Shown here: positions 9,041 to 18,439 of the stretch, in pieces
Numbering within the stretch: position 1 is the stretch's first letter
Layout: each line of letters begins with the position of its first letter
Virus record (IMG/VR): IMGVR_UViG_3300017747_003050
Location: 1 to 44,526 of that record
Direction: 5' to 3' (one strand)
DNA: 44,526 nt
Source of the DNA: a virus
Taxonomy: Duplodnaviria; Caudoviricetes
Program-made: the position numbers and the translations under genes
Notes under the pieces: generated by a model
What the model was told of the DNA's origin: nothing
What the model saw: only the letters and a program-made list of their open reading frames with translations
Database searches by the model: none

Positions 9041-9937
9041 ATGGGCTGGTCTTCACAGGACGACCTGATCAACCAGATCACGACCAACGGCAAAACAGGC
9101 AACGCGTTTTCCAACAAGACGCTGTCATCTGCCGGAACCGCTGGTCACTGGACGCTGCTTGCAGGTCATGCCGGTGCGCCGATCGCTGCGACGTTTGCAG
9201 GAACGGACCTCACCTACGTCCCGACCGATGACACGTGGGGCGAGGGTACGCTCTATCATGGCGGCAACGTCTCGACGGCAACGAAGCACTTCCTGACGGC
9301 TGGCGCGTCGGTTGTCGCGGCTGCGGGTGCGCCGTGGTATCTGATGGCGATTGACCTTGTGGGCTATGTCCCGCTGTCAGGCACGAACGTCTCGACCACG
9401 GGCACAAAGACCGTGACCATGACGGCCATCGGATCGAGCGGCAGCACGGGTGATCGGTATCCGGCAGGCGCTGGGCTTGAGATGTTCGTTGCGGCAGATA
9501 CGGCGCTGGGCGCAAACGCCCCGACGTGCATCGTCAACTATCTCGACACGGGCGGAGGCGCAGGGGCGACCACGACATTCACAAGCACGGCATCGCTTGG
9601 CATCGGGCAGCTTCTCAACTCAGGCAACGCGGCGAACAAATACAACCCGTTTCTTCCCAAGGCTGCGGGCGATACGGGCGTCAGTGACATCGTCTCGCTC
9701 GTCTGGGCGGGCACGGCTCACGCATCGGGTACGGTCATCATCGGCTTGTGCAAGCCGTTGTGGACAATCCCTGTCCCTGCAACCGGCCTCTACACAAAGC
9801 TGGACTTCGTGAACGCCTTCCCATCGCTCCCGCGGATCAGGGACGGCGCAAACATCCAGTTCCTGCTCTACCAGACCGCTGCGACGACTTCGGGCGGCAC
9901 GATCATGGTAGACTTCGATTGGGGATATGGCGGCTGA
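9041..9937 (+). CDS. Putative virion protein (paralog of 8147..9037)
   Basis: 298 aa; shared GAP, DL..Y.P, RY..G, P.L...D.GV..I.S and I.DGA motifs. Confidence 0.75.
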   Translation: MGWSSQDDLINQITTNGKTGNAFSNKTLSSAGTAGHWTLLAGHAGAPIAATFAGTDLTYVPTDDTWGEGTLYHGGNVSTATKHFLTAGASVVAAAGAPWYLMAIDLVGYVPLSGTNVSTTGTKTVTMTAIGSSGSTGDRYPAGAGLEMFVAADTALGANAPTCIVNYLDTGGGAGATTTFTSTASLGIGQLLNSGNAANKYNPFLPKAAGDTGVSDIVSLVWAGTAHASGTVIIGLCKPLWTIPVPATGLYTKLDFVNAFPSLPRIRDGANIQFLLYQTAATTSGGTIMVDFDWGYGG

Positions 9938-10725
9938 TGGCGCTGCTTCAGAACGGCTTCCGCGACGCGTCGGCGGGCGTTCGTATCTTCGGGGCGACAC
10001 AAAGCAACAACGCTTATCCGCCTGCGCTTCAGGGAAACAACAACAAGGCGGGACCGCGCCGTAACATCTTCACGGCGCAGGGCTACTCTGCCAAGTCGGG
10101 TATCCCGAGCGGCCATCTACACCCCTCAAGCTGGATGCTGCCGCAAAAGCCTGGCGGTCTGTCCAGCCACTCCGAGAGCATCGGCGTTGCAAGCTGGTCT
10201 GGCGGGATTGCTGCGGGCCGGAATATCGTCGGCACGTTCGATGGCGCTGCGACGTTCACCGGCACGGGCCAGCTCGTTGTGTCGGGTGTCGGATCGTTTG
10301 CCGGTGTCGGGGCGTTTACAGGCAACGTCACGGCGGCGCTGGGTGCGGTCGGATCATTCACAGGCGCTGCGACGTTCTCAGGCGCTGTCGTGGCGACCGG
10401 ACACATGCTCGGGGCCTTTACGGGCGTCGCATCATTCGAGGCGATCCGGTACGCGACAGGGTCCGTGTCGGGCTCATTTGCACCGGCCATCACACTGGAG
10501 GCTCAAGGCTTCTCGTCCTACCTGCTTGATCAGGAAATCGTTGAGACGGGCCTCACGCTTCGGCAGGCGCTGCGTCTAGTGACTGCGGCGACGGCGGGCA
10601 AGATCAGCGGCGGCGGCACGGCGACGGTGACGATACGGAACGCGGTGGCGGATGGTGTGAATCGTCTTGTCGCAACCGTTGATACCGATGGGAATCGGAC
10701 GGCCATAACTTACGACCTCGACTGA
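9937..10725 (+). CDS. Gly-rich repeat virion protein (fibre-like)
   Basis: Likely true start is ATG 9937 (TGATG coupling); tandem GxFxGxxxFxG repeats; C-terminal TLRQALRL...GNRTAITYD domain. Confidence 0.75.
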   Translation: MALLQNGFRDASAGVRIFGATQSNNAYPPALQGNNNKAGPRRNIFTAQGYSAKSGIPSGHLHPSSWMLPQKPGGLSSHSESIGVASWSGGIAAGRNIVGTFDGAATFTGTGQLVVSGVGSFAGVGAFTGNVTAALGAVGSFTGAATFSGAVVATGHMLGAFTGVASFEAIRYATGSVSGSFAPAITLEAQGFSSYLLDQEIVETGLTLRQALRLVTAATAGKISGGGTATVTIRNAVADGVNRLVATVDTDGNRTAITYDLD

Positions 10726-11168
10726 TGGCTAACTTTTTCAGCGCAAACTACTGGAAGGCGCTCTACTTCAAAGCGATGGGCGGGCAGGAAACTGCAACCG
10801 ATCCCAACGCCATGTCTGGCAGCTTTGCTGGCTCGTCCTCATGGACGGGTGCTCTTGAGCAGCCAGAGGGGTCAATCTCCGGCTCGTTCGCCGGATCAAG
10901 CACATTCAGCGGAACGCTTACGGCGATCGGATCAAAGCCGTCGCAGGACTTCCGCAACGTTCTGGATGGGGTTCGCCGGACCTGGCCTATTTCCGCTGTT
11001 GCATCGTGGTGGCAGCGCGATCGACAGGAACGCCTTGAGCGTGAGGAAAAGGCCCGCGCCATCGCGGGTTCAATCTCGGGTAGCTTTGCCGGTTCGGCTT
11101 CGTTCTCTGCAAAGCCTCGCGACGATGAGGACGAGATAGACATCATGATCTTGCTGTTAGCGGCATGA
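10725..11168 (+). CDS. Hypothetical protein with SGSFAGS repeats and acidic/hydrophobic C-terminus
   Basis: 147 aa, coupled at both ends; three (I/M)SGSFAGS repeats. Confidence 0.75.
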   Translation: MANFFSANYWKALYFKAMGGQETATDPNAMSGSFAGSSSWTGALEQPEGSISGSFAGSSTFSGTLTAIGSKPSQDFRNVLDGVRRTWPISAVASWWQRDRQERLEREEKARAIAGSISGSFAGSASFSAKPRDDEDEIDIMILLLAA

Positions 11169-11443
11169 CCCCACAACAGCGCGCAGAATGGCTGGAAGAG
11201 TTCCAGGCATGGCGAACGCTCCCGATGACGGAGGCGTTCTTCAACTCGCTCACGAACGAGCAGAAGGAACTGCAAGCGGACTGGACGCGGGCTGTGTGGG
11301 AATCAGAAGCAGACCCGCCACCTGACCAGCTCCGGCAACTGAGGATTCAGGCACGAACGCTTGATGACGTGATCAACAGAAAGGGAACAGATGTCCTTAC
11401 ATCACTCTACCCTGACCTACGAGACACTCCCGAAGGTCAGTGA
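11165..11443 (+). CDS. Hypothetical head-region protein
   Basis: 92 aa, ATGA overlap; F.AW...P.T..FF pattern seen ahead of phage GroES-like genes. Confidence 0.75.
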   Translation: MTPQQRAEWLEEFQAWRTLPMTEAFFNSLTNEQKELQADWTRAVWESEADPPPDQLRQLRIQARTLDDVINRKGTDVLTSLYPDLRDTPEGQ

Positions 11444-11786
11444 AACCAATCCGGGGATGAAACCACTTGAGTTCAACTGCCTGGTTCTCCCGCGTGTCGT
11501 CCAACGGCAACGGGCCTCGGGCATCTTCGTTCCCGAAACCAGCGCGCAGCGCGAGGACGAGGGCGGGGATGAGGGGCTGTTAGTCGCCATCTCGCCGCTG
11601 GCATTCAACGAGGACGACTTTCCGAACCCTGACGCAATCCCGAAGATTGGCGAGCGCGTGATGTTTGCACGCTACGCCGGCAAGTCCTTCGTGGGCGCTG
11701 ATGGCCGTGTCTATCGCGTGATGAAGGACAAGGAGATCGTCGGCATTCGCACAGCGGATGCGGAAAGCGCCAAGGTGGCGGCATGA
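11391..11786 (+). CDS. GroES/Cpn10-like co-chaperonin
   Basis: MKPLEFNCLVLP...ASGIFVPET...GLLVAISP...KIGERVMFARYAG...YRVMKDKEIVG matches the Cpn10 fold pattern; RBS AAAGGGA. Confidence 0.85.
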   Translation: MSLHHSTLTYETLPKVSETNPGMKPLEFNCLVLPRVVQRQRASGIFVPETSAQREDEGGDEGLLVAISPLAFNEDDFPNPDAIPKIGERVMFARYAGKSFVGADGRVYRVMKDKEIVGIRTADAESAKVAA

Positions 11787-12643
11787 GCGGCGACGTTCTG
11801 GAGCAGGAAGCCCCGGCGCCGGTTGCTGATGCTCCCGAAGCCAAGGCTGACGACCTTGAAACAGTCGCCCGCGAGCTAGGGTGGAAGCCCGAAACCGAGT
11901 GGAAGGGCGATCCGCCCGAAGGTGGCTTTGCCTCAGCGGCAGAGTTCATCCGTTCCCAGCGCACACGGGCAAAGAACGTCGAGAAGGAGCTGAAGAAGCT
12001 CCGCAGCGACACCGAGAAGCGCATCAAGCGCATGGAGGAGCAATCCACCAAGCAGCGCGAGAAGGAGATTGCCGAGCTTCACAGCGAATACGACTGGTAC
12101 ATCCGCAAGGCGATCAAGGAAGGCGACGAGGCGACCGAGAAGAAGCTCATCCGTGAGCGTGACGCCAAGGTTGCCCAGGCCGAGGATGTCGAGGACGCAG
12201 ACGACGAGCCCGAAACGGATGAGGACGAGTGGGTCGAGGCTTTTACGCCGTCATATCCGCAGCTTCAAAAGCAGTTCTACAACGCCGGACATGCGTGGGT
12301 TCTGGACGACGAAGCCGACCCCGACGCGATGAGGATCGTGCTGGACTATGTGGACAGCGGCATCCCGATGGCTGACGCGCTCGATAAGGCAGGCCCGGCG
12401 CTCCGCAAGGCTTACCCCGATCGCTACGAGGACGAGGACATGGACGAGGAACCCGAGGAGAAGCCGAAGAACGGCAAGCGCGTTCCCGTGCTGGTATCCG
12501 GCTCCAAGGGCGCTGGCGGCGGTGTATCCGCGGCCTCCCGCCTCTCGCCTGCTCAACGTGAAATCGGCGCACGCTTCGTGAAGGAGGGCCTGTTCGGCTC
12601 CCTCGAAGAGTACGCCGAGCAACGCATCAAACTGGAATCCTGA
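11783..12643 (+). CDS. Probable capsid scaffolding protein
   Basis: Acidic coiled coil; ARELGWKPETEWKG N-terminal motif; C-terminal RLSPAQREI...EEYA; lies upstream of the capsid genes. Confidence 0.7.
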   Translation: MSGDVLEQEAPAPVADAPEAKADDLETVARELGWKPETEWKGDPPEGGFASAAEFIRSQRTRAKNVEKELKKLRSDTEKRIKRMEEQSTKQREKEIAELHSEYDWYIRKAIKEGDEATEKKLIRERDAKVAQAEDVEDADDEPETDEDEWVEAFTPSYPQLQKQFYNAGHAWVLDDEADPDAMRIVLDYVDSGIPMADALDKAGPALRKAYPDRYEDEDMDEEPEEKPKNGKRVPVLVSGSKGAGGGVSAASRLSPAQREIGARFVKEGLFGSLEEYAEQRIKLES

Positions 12644-12645
12644 TC

Positions 12646-13203
12646 ATGACCGACGAAACCGTGAACGCCGAGCCCTCCAAGGTGGATGGCCGGACCAAGG
12701 AAGCACGCGCCACGAAGCCCCTCCGCGCCCGTACCGATGGCCCGAGTGCAGAGCTTGCAAGGCGGCGAGCGGAGCGCAAGGCGCGCGGCGTCAACGATCA
12801 TTCTAACGACCAGCGCCTGACGGTTGCTGGCGCGGAACTGGACTACCAGAATTGGCAATACCGCTGGGCCAACGATGAGTTGGGCAATCTCCAGCAGCTA
12901 ATGGCGCGGGAATGGGAGCCTGTCTCCGAAACCGAGCTGAACGGCCTAGATACGGCCAGACTTGCGGGCATGTCCCGTGAAGGCAAGGCGATGAACGCCA
13001 AGCTGATGAAGAAGTGGAAGCCCTGGTTCGATGAAGATCAGGACGCCAAGGTTGCCGAATATAGGGAGCGTGAGAAGGCTCTCAAGCGCGGTGCGGCAAA
13101 GGCCCCGCAGGAAAGCCCCGACGATGCGGGCAAGAGCTACGCTCTGAATAACACGATTTCTGCTGCCACGCCGACCAAGTCCGCTGGCAGCTACACCCCA
13201 TAA
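12646..13203 (+). CDS. Conserved head-region hypothetical protein
   Basis: 185 aa; YRWAND...WEPV motif typical of this position in podoviral head modules. Confidence 0.75.
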   Translation: MTDETVNAEPSKVDGRTKEARATKPLRARTDGPSAELARRRAERKARGVNDHSNDQRLTVAGAELDYQNWQYRWANDELGNLQQLMAREWEPVSETELNGLDTARLAGMSREGKAMNAKLMKKWKPWFDEDQDAKVAEYREREKALKRGAAKAPQESPDDAGKSYALNNTISAATPTKSAGSYTP

Positions 13204-13219
13204 CCCCACAGGATAAACA

Positions 13220-13801
13220 ATGGCGAACACAAACGCCGCTATGGGAGGGCGTCCGGTCGGAACTCTGATCGGCGCTTCCATGAGCGGACAACTGACGACC
13301 TATACGGGACTGGCATCCTACGCGACGAACATGTTCATTGGCGACCCGGTCATCGTGACCGGCGCCCGTGGATCTGGTCACCAGGTTGTCGAAGTTGCGA
13401 CGGCTGGCGCGACGAACCGGATCACCGGCTTCATCGTCGGCTTCGAACCAACTCCGAGCATCGTCTCAAACGGCTATGGCGTGGCCTCAACGCTGCGCTA
13501 TCCGATCGTTGCATCCGGCCCGGAACTGCTCTTTGAACTTCAGGAAGATGCAGTGGGCGGCGCCATTGCGGTGGCGTCGATCGGCCTCAACGTCGATCTC
13601 GTCTCTGGCACCGGTTCAACCTTCACGAAGAAGTCCGGCTGGATGATCGATTCCAGCACGGTGGCGACTGGCGCAACGCTCCAGATGACCATCCGCGACA
13701 TCGTCACCCGCGTGGATAACGAGGAAGCGACGGCCTACGCGAAGTACATCTGTTCCATCAACCTGCACACGAACGGCCTCTCGCCGTTGGCCGGCATCTA
13801 A
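13220..13801 (+). CDS. Putative capsid decoration/cement protein
   Basis: 193 aa, MANTNAAMGGRPV start, directly upstream of the capsid gene, RBS AGGA. Confidence 0.65.
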   Translation: MANTNAAMGGRPVGTLIGASMSGQLTTYTGLASYATNMFIGDPVIVTGARGSGHQVVEVATAGATNRITGFIVGFEPTPSIVSNGYGVASTLRYPIVASGPELLFELQEDAVGGAIAVASIGLNVDLVSGTGSTFTKKSGWMIDSSTVATGATLQMTIRDIVTRVDNEEATAYAKYICSINLHTNGLSPLAGI

Positions 13802-13815
13802 GGAGGGCTTGAAAC

Positions 13816-14724
13816 ATGACAATGACCAGAGCACTCCACCCGGCCGACCTTTGGCCCGGTATCAAGGCGCATTTCGGCAAAGCCTACAAGTCGATGGAGA
13901 AGCAGTATACGCGCTACTTCGAAGACAAGTCGTCAGACAAGGCTTACGAAGAGTTCGTGGAATCCACCACGTTCGGCCTGCCGGACATCAAGAACGAAAG
14001 CCAGGCTATCCGCTTCGACGCCGACGCCGAGGGTTACAAGACCCGTCTTACCAACGTGGTCTGGGGCCTTGGCTGGATGGCATCCCGCGAAGAGATCGAG
14101 GACAACCAGTACGAGAGCCGCGCCTCGCGTCGCTCGCGTAACCTCGCCTACTCGATGGGCCAGTCGAAAGAGATCGTCCACGCGGCGCACTTCAACAACG
14201 CCTTCTCGGGCTCGTTCCTTGGCGGCGACGGCGCGTCCCTCTGCTCGACGGCTCACCCGACGCTTGCTGGCAACAAAGCCAACAAGCCGACCGTGGACGC
14301 CGACCTGTCGGAAGCCTCGCTGGAAGACGAACTGATCAATACGCGCCTGATGACCAACTCGCGCGGGCTGAAGATGTACTTCCGTGCGAAGGAACTGGTT
14401 GTTCCCCCGCAACTCGGTTTCGTGGCTGAACGTCTGCTGAAGTCGGAGAAGCAATCGGGAACGGCGAACAACGACATCAACGCGGTTCGCTCGTCCGGTA
14501 TGCTGTCCAAGGGCTACTCTGTCTGGGACTACCTGACGGACCCGAATGCGTGGTTCCTGATGGTGGACAACGTCCCCGAGGGCCTCGTCACGCTCCAGCG
14601 CCGCAAGCTCGAGATGGACCAGGACAACGACTTCGACACCGAGAACGCCAAGGCGAAGGCTACCGAGCGTTATATCTCGGGCTGGGTCGATTGGCGTTCC
14701 GTCCGCGGCACGTCCGGCACCTAA
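13816..14724 (+). CDS. Major capsid protein (HK97 fold)
   Basis: 302 aa; LWPGIKAHFG, SDKAYEE, GGDGASLCSTAHP, LVVPPQL, GTANNDIN, YLTDPNAWF, DFDT..AKAKATERY motifs; strong RBS AAGGAGG. Confidence 0.9.
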   Translation: MTMTRALHPADLWPGIKAHFGKAYKSMEKQYTRYFEDKSSDKAYEEFVESTTFGLPDIKNESQAIRFDADAEGYKTRLTNVVWGLGWMASREEIEDNQYESRASRRSRNLAYSMGQSKEIVHAAHFNNAFSGSFLGGDGASLCSTAHPTLAGNKANKPTVDADLSEASLEDELINTRLMTNSRGLKMYFRAKELVVPPQLGFVAERLLKSEKQSGTANNDINAVRSSGMLSKGYSVWDYLTDPNAWFLMVDNVPEGLVTLQRRKLEMDQDNDFDTENAKAKATERYISGWVDWRSVRGTSGT

Positions 14725-14746
14725 CCTAACTCACATCCACTGACGG

Positions 14747-14779
14747 GGCGCGCGGGGTAACATCCGCGCGCCTTCATCT
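14747..14779 (+). terminator. Hairpin after the capsid gene (weak intrinsic terminator or stabiliser)
   Basis: 9-bp stem GGCGCGCGG/CCGCGCGCC with an 8-nt loop; poor U-tract (TTCATCT). Confidence 0.5.
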
Positions 14780-14796
14780 CATGAAAGGCGCCCCAA

Positions 14797-15516
14797 GTGG
14801 CTAACACTCCGACACGTTTCTCCCGAGGCGTAACCAACGTCTCAGCGTCCGACCCCATGCGGATGCTCCCGATTCCCGATCCAACTGCTGTGCATGTCTG
14901 GTTCGATGACTTCGACAACTTCGAAGCGGACCAGTGGATCAACACCACGACCGAGGCCGGCGCAGGCTCTGCGACTGAGGCCGTGGGCAACCTTGATGGT
15001 GGCATCCTCGTCATCACGAACGACGCAGCCGACAATGACGCGGTGTTCCTGCAATACTCGGGCGACGATGCAACCGGCGCTGTGGAGAGCTTCAAGTTCA
15101 TCGCGGGCAAGCAGCTCTGGTTCAAGGCTCGCCTGAAGATCGATGAAGTTGTCCAGTCAGACTTCGTGCTGGGCCTCCAAATCACGGACACGACCCCGCT
15201 TGCTGTGTCGGATGGCGTCTACTTCATGAAGGACGACGGCGACGCTAACCTTGACTGCTACGTCACCAAGGACGGCACATCGACCACGGCAGTTGCCGCC
15301 TCGACGCTGACGGCTGACACCTATGCGGTGCTCGGCTTCTACTACAACGGCGTCGATGCGATCGAGTTCTTCAAGGACAGCACTGTCATCGCCCGCCTGG
15401 CGGTCACGAACCTGCCGAACGATGAAGAGATGACCATCAGCTTCGGCATTCAGAACGGAGAAGCGGTCGCGAAGGTTCTCTCTGTGGATTACATCTTCGT
15501 CGCCAAGGAGCGGTAA
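14797..15516 (+). CDS. Putative virion protein (beta-sandwich/lectin-like)
   Basis: 239 aa, GTG start, PTRFSRGVTN N-terminus and SVDYIFVAKER C-terminus; acidic and beta-rich. Confidence 0.75.
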   Translation: MANTPTRFSRGVTNVSASDPMRMLPIPDPTAVHVWFDDFDNFEADQWINTTTEAGAGSATEAVGNLDGGILVITNDAADNDAVFLQYSGDDATGAVESFKFIAGKQLWFKARLKIDEVVQSDFVLGLQITDTTPLAVSDGVYFMKDDGDANLDCYVTKDGTSTTAVAASTLTADTYAVLGFYYNGVDAIEFFKDSTVIARLAVTNLPNDEEMTISFGIQNGEAVAKVLSVDYIFVAKER

Positions 15517-15519
15517 GAC

Positions 15520-15900
15520 ATGGCCGACGCAGTCGCCTCCCAAACGCTTCAGGACGGTCCACGCAACACTGTCATGAAGTTTACGAACGTCTCTGACGGG
15601 ACCGGCGAATCCGCTGTTCTCAAGGTGGATGTGTCGGCGCTGGACACGGCTCCTACCGAAGTCCGGATAATGAAGATCCACTACACGACGAGCGGCATGT
15701 CTGTCCGCATCCTCTGGGATGCAACGGCTGACGTGGTGGCGTGGATACTGCCGGCTGACGACACCGGAAGCATAGACTTCACGGCGTTCGGTGGCTTGGC
15801 GAATGATGGCGGCGCTGGCGTGACGGGAGACATCCTGTTCACCACGGTCGGCCACACAGCCGCAGACACTTACGCCATTGTTCTGGAGATGGCGAAGTGA
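15520..15900 (+). CDS. Putative virion protein
   Basis: 126 aa, RBS AGGAG; DGTGESAVLKVDVSAL...GVTGDILFTT. Confidence 0.75.
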   Translation: MADAVASQTLQDGPRNTVMKFTNVSDGTGESAVLKVDVSALDTAPTEVRIMKIHYTTSGMSVRILWDATADVVAWILPADDTGSIDFTAFGGLANDGGAGVTGDILFTTVGHTAADTYAIVLEMAK

Positions 15901-16175
15901 CCTGGAAAGGCTCATACCAGCCGGGCAGGCCATACGCGGTCTGTGACCGATGCTATGCCAAGGTCCGGCTGGATGAGCTGCGGACGGAGTGGAGCAACTC
16001 GCGGGTCTGTGACGGCTGTTACGACCCGCGCCCTGTCCACCTGTCCACGCCTGTTCTTCGGCCCGGCGAGGGTGCGCCGCTTCCGGGTGCGCGTCCTGAT
16101 ACGCAGCCCGAAGCGGATGATGCAGACCTTGAGTTCGCCTATCGTGACGGGACAACCTACGAGCCTCCGACATGA
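15897..16175 (+). CDS. Small Zn-ribbon protein
   Basis: CDRC...VCDGC, coupled by GTGA/ATGA overlaps. Confidence 0.75.
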   Translation: MTWKGSYQPGRPYAVCDRCYAKVRLDELRTEWSNSRVCDGCYDPRPVHLSTPVLRPGEGAPLPGARPDTQPEADDADLEFAYRDGTTYEPPT

Positions 16176-16843
16176 GCATAAGCCTGACCTACACCGCAGG
16201 CGAGTTCGTGGATGAGGCGCTGAAACGCGTCCAGATCCTCGGAGACGGCCAGACCGCATCGGCCTATCAATGGACGATTGCGCGAAGCCACATCAACGGG
16301 CTTCTGAAGCTGCTGGTGACGCAAGGCCCGAGCGAGTGGCGCAGGGCAACGCAGACGCCGGCCATGACCGCAGCCGTTGCCTATGTGACCTGCTCACCGC
16401 GTCCCGATCGCGTTCACCGCGTCTACTATCGCAACTCCGCGAACTATGACCTGGAACTGCAGCAATGGAACATGGACGATTACGAGCGCATCCCCGTCAA
16501 GACCAGCACGGGGCGCCCGACCATCTTCGCGGTCGATCGGCAGCGCACGGCAACCACGGTTTACCTCTGGCCGGTTCCCGATGCGACGATTGCAGCGGGT
16601 ACGCTGCGCATCTCCTATGAGCGCGTCCCCGAGGATGTGGTCAACACGTCCGACATTCTCGATTTTCCCCAAGAATGGTTCGATGCGGCAATGGATCTGA
16701 TCGGCGGTCGCACGGGGCAGAGCCTTGGCCTTGGCGAGAAGCCGCCTGTCGCTGCTGCGCTGGAACGTGGCGGCGGAAACCTCAATGAACTGCTGGGATA
16801 TGACCGCGGCCATAGCGTCCGCTTTGCAATCACAACGGAGTGA
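16172..16843 (+). CDS. Head-to-tail adaptor (P22 gp4-like position)
   Basis: 223 aa; TAGEFVDEAL...STGRPT...VYLWPVPD...DFPQEW adaptor motifs. Confidence 0.75.
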   Translation: MSISLTYTAGEFVDEALKRVQILGDGQTASAYQWTIARSHINGLLKLLVTQGPSEWRRATQTPAMTAAVAYVTCSPRPDRVHRVYYRNSANYDLELQQWNMDDYERIPVKTSTGRPTIFAVDRQRTATTVYLWPVPDATIAAGTLRISYERVPEDVVNTSDILDFPQEWFDAAMDLIGGRTGQSLGLGEKPPVAAALERGGGNLNELLGYDRGHSVRFAITTE

Positions 16844-17028
16844 CCATGAGCAAGCCGAAAATCACTGACGACTCGATCCGCGTTCTCCGCAAGGCGCTGC
16901 GCACGAAGCTCGGCATCAGCGCGGCAAAGCCTGCGAAGAAGCAGGCCAAGCGCGAGAAGGTCGAGGACGACGAGCCCGCACCGCGCGCGAAGAAGGCCGA
17001 ACGTCTGGGCTACGCTGACCTCTCGTGA
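16840..17028 (+). CDS. Small basic hypothetical protein
   Basis: 62 aa Lys-rich ORF, GTGA overlaps at both ends. Confidence 0.65.
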   Translation: MTMSKPKITDDSIRVLRKALRTKLGISAAKPAKKQAKREKVEDDEPAPRAKKAERLGYADLS

Positions 17029-17441
17029 ACGTTCGCCCGGCAACGCTGGACGACCTGCCGCGCCTCATGGGCTATGCGGCGGAGTTCCTGTCCTATCATC
17101 CGCTGACCAGCCAGTTCCCGCGCGACATGACGGCGGTTGAAGCCATGCTGCGGCGGATGATCGAGGGCGAGGACGCGGCGTTGCTGGTGCATGATCGTGG
17201 GGCCATTGGCGGGGTCATTGCACCGCTCTGGTGCTCGCCTGACGTGCGTGTGGCGAATGAGCTGTTCTGGTGGTCCGAGGCCAACGGGCTGAGCCTGATG
17301 AAAGCGTTCGAAGCGTGGGCGCAGAGCCGAGGCGCGCAGGTGGTCAACATGGTGATGATAATGGGCCGCCGCGACGTTTCACCGATCTATGACCGGGCGG
17401 GATACATGCCGATAGAACTTTCGTTTGTGAGGGCTGCCTGA
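17025..17441 (+). CDS. GNAT-family acetyltransferase-like protein
   Basis: VRPATLDDL N-terminus, ELFWWSE, LMKAFEAWAQSRGA, IYDRAGY; located just before the ejection genes. Confidence 0.8.
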   Translation: MNVRPATLDDLPRLMGYAAEFLSYHPLTSQFPRDMTAVEAMLRRMIEGEDAALLVHDRGAIGGVIAPLWCSPDVRVANELFWWSEANGLSLMKAFEAWAQSRGAQVVNMVMIMGRRDVSPIYDRAGYMPIELSFVRAA

Positions 17442-18439
17442 TGGCTGCGCTATCCTCTGTCCTGATCGGGTCCGCGATTGTAGGCTCTGGCGCTGCGATT
17501 TATTCGGGCAACCAGAACGCCAAGGCGATCAAGAATGCCGGGAACCTCCAGCAGCAATCGCAGAACCAGGCGCTTCAGTTCCAGCGCGAAAGCCGCGACC
17601 AAGCGCGCGACGTTCTCAGCAAGTACGCCGTCGAGGGCAATGCCTCACGCGGTCGGCAGAACGCATTCCTCGGGCTCAACCAGCCATCAGCAGGTGGCGG
17701 GCAATACAGCGGCGCGATGGGCTCAACGCAGCCCGATTTCGCGGCCTATGTCCGCAACAATCCCGACCTCGCAGCCGAGTTCTCCAAGCCTCAGGTAGCC
17801 GCACAGTTCGGCGGCGATCCGGCAGCCTATGGCCGCTGGCACTCGCAGAACTTCGCAGGCGAGGGGCGAGCCATGCCCACAAGCGGCATGGGCCAGCAGG
17901 GAGCGCCAGACCCCACAGCCACGCCTGCCGAGACGCAAGAACAGGCATGGGCGGCATTCGAGGCAAGCCCTTGGGGCAAAATCGGCACGATGGAGGCAAA
18001 CAACGCCCGTGATGCTTTCATAGCCTCTGCCGGCGCTCAGGGCTCGTCCCTGTCAGGACGCACGGCGCGCGGCATGGCCGAAGTCTCCGAGGAAGCCAAA
18101 CTCCGCAACTTCGGCGGCTATTACGGAGCGCTCGGTGATGTGACCAACCGTGGCTATCAGGCTGACACTGGCATTGCATCGGGCGGGCAGACGTTCGCGA
18201 ACAACGCGACGGATATTACCCTGCAAGGCGGGCAGAACCAAGCGAACCTCGCAATTGCGAAGGGACAGAACCAGGCGAACACGGCAGGCGACCTCGCAAG
18301 CTGGATCGGCTGGGGCATGGGCAACATGGGCTCGATGGGCAGCACGGCAGGCGGGACCAGCGGCGGATATGGCAGCAGCGCGGGCTCTACGGCGGGCCGT
18401 GCGCGTTCTGGTGGCCTCGGCAGGAGCCGCATCTCATGA
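17441..18439 (+). CDS. DNA ejection/pilot protein (P22 gp7-like)
   Basis: Hydrophobic N-terminus, Gln/Gly/Ala-rich; SAGAQGSSLSGRT motif of DNA-transfer proteins. Confidence 0.7.
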   Translation: MAALSSVLIGSAIVGSGAAIYSGNQNAKAIKNAGNLQQQSQNQALQFQRESRDQARDVLSKYAVEGNASRGRQNAFLGLNQPSAGGGQYSGAMGSTQPDFAAYVRNNPDLAAEFSKPQVAAQFGGDPAAYGRWHSQNFAGEGRAMPTSGMGQQGAPDPTATPAETQEQAWAAFEASPWGKIGTMEANNARDAFIASAGAQGSSLSGRTARGMAEVSEEAKLRNFGGYYGALGDVTNRGYQADTGIASGGQTFANNATDITLQGGQNQANLAIAKGQNQANTAGDLASWIGWGMGNMGSMGSTAGGTSGGYGSSAGSTAGRARSGGLGRSRIS

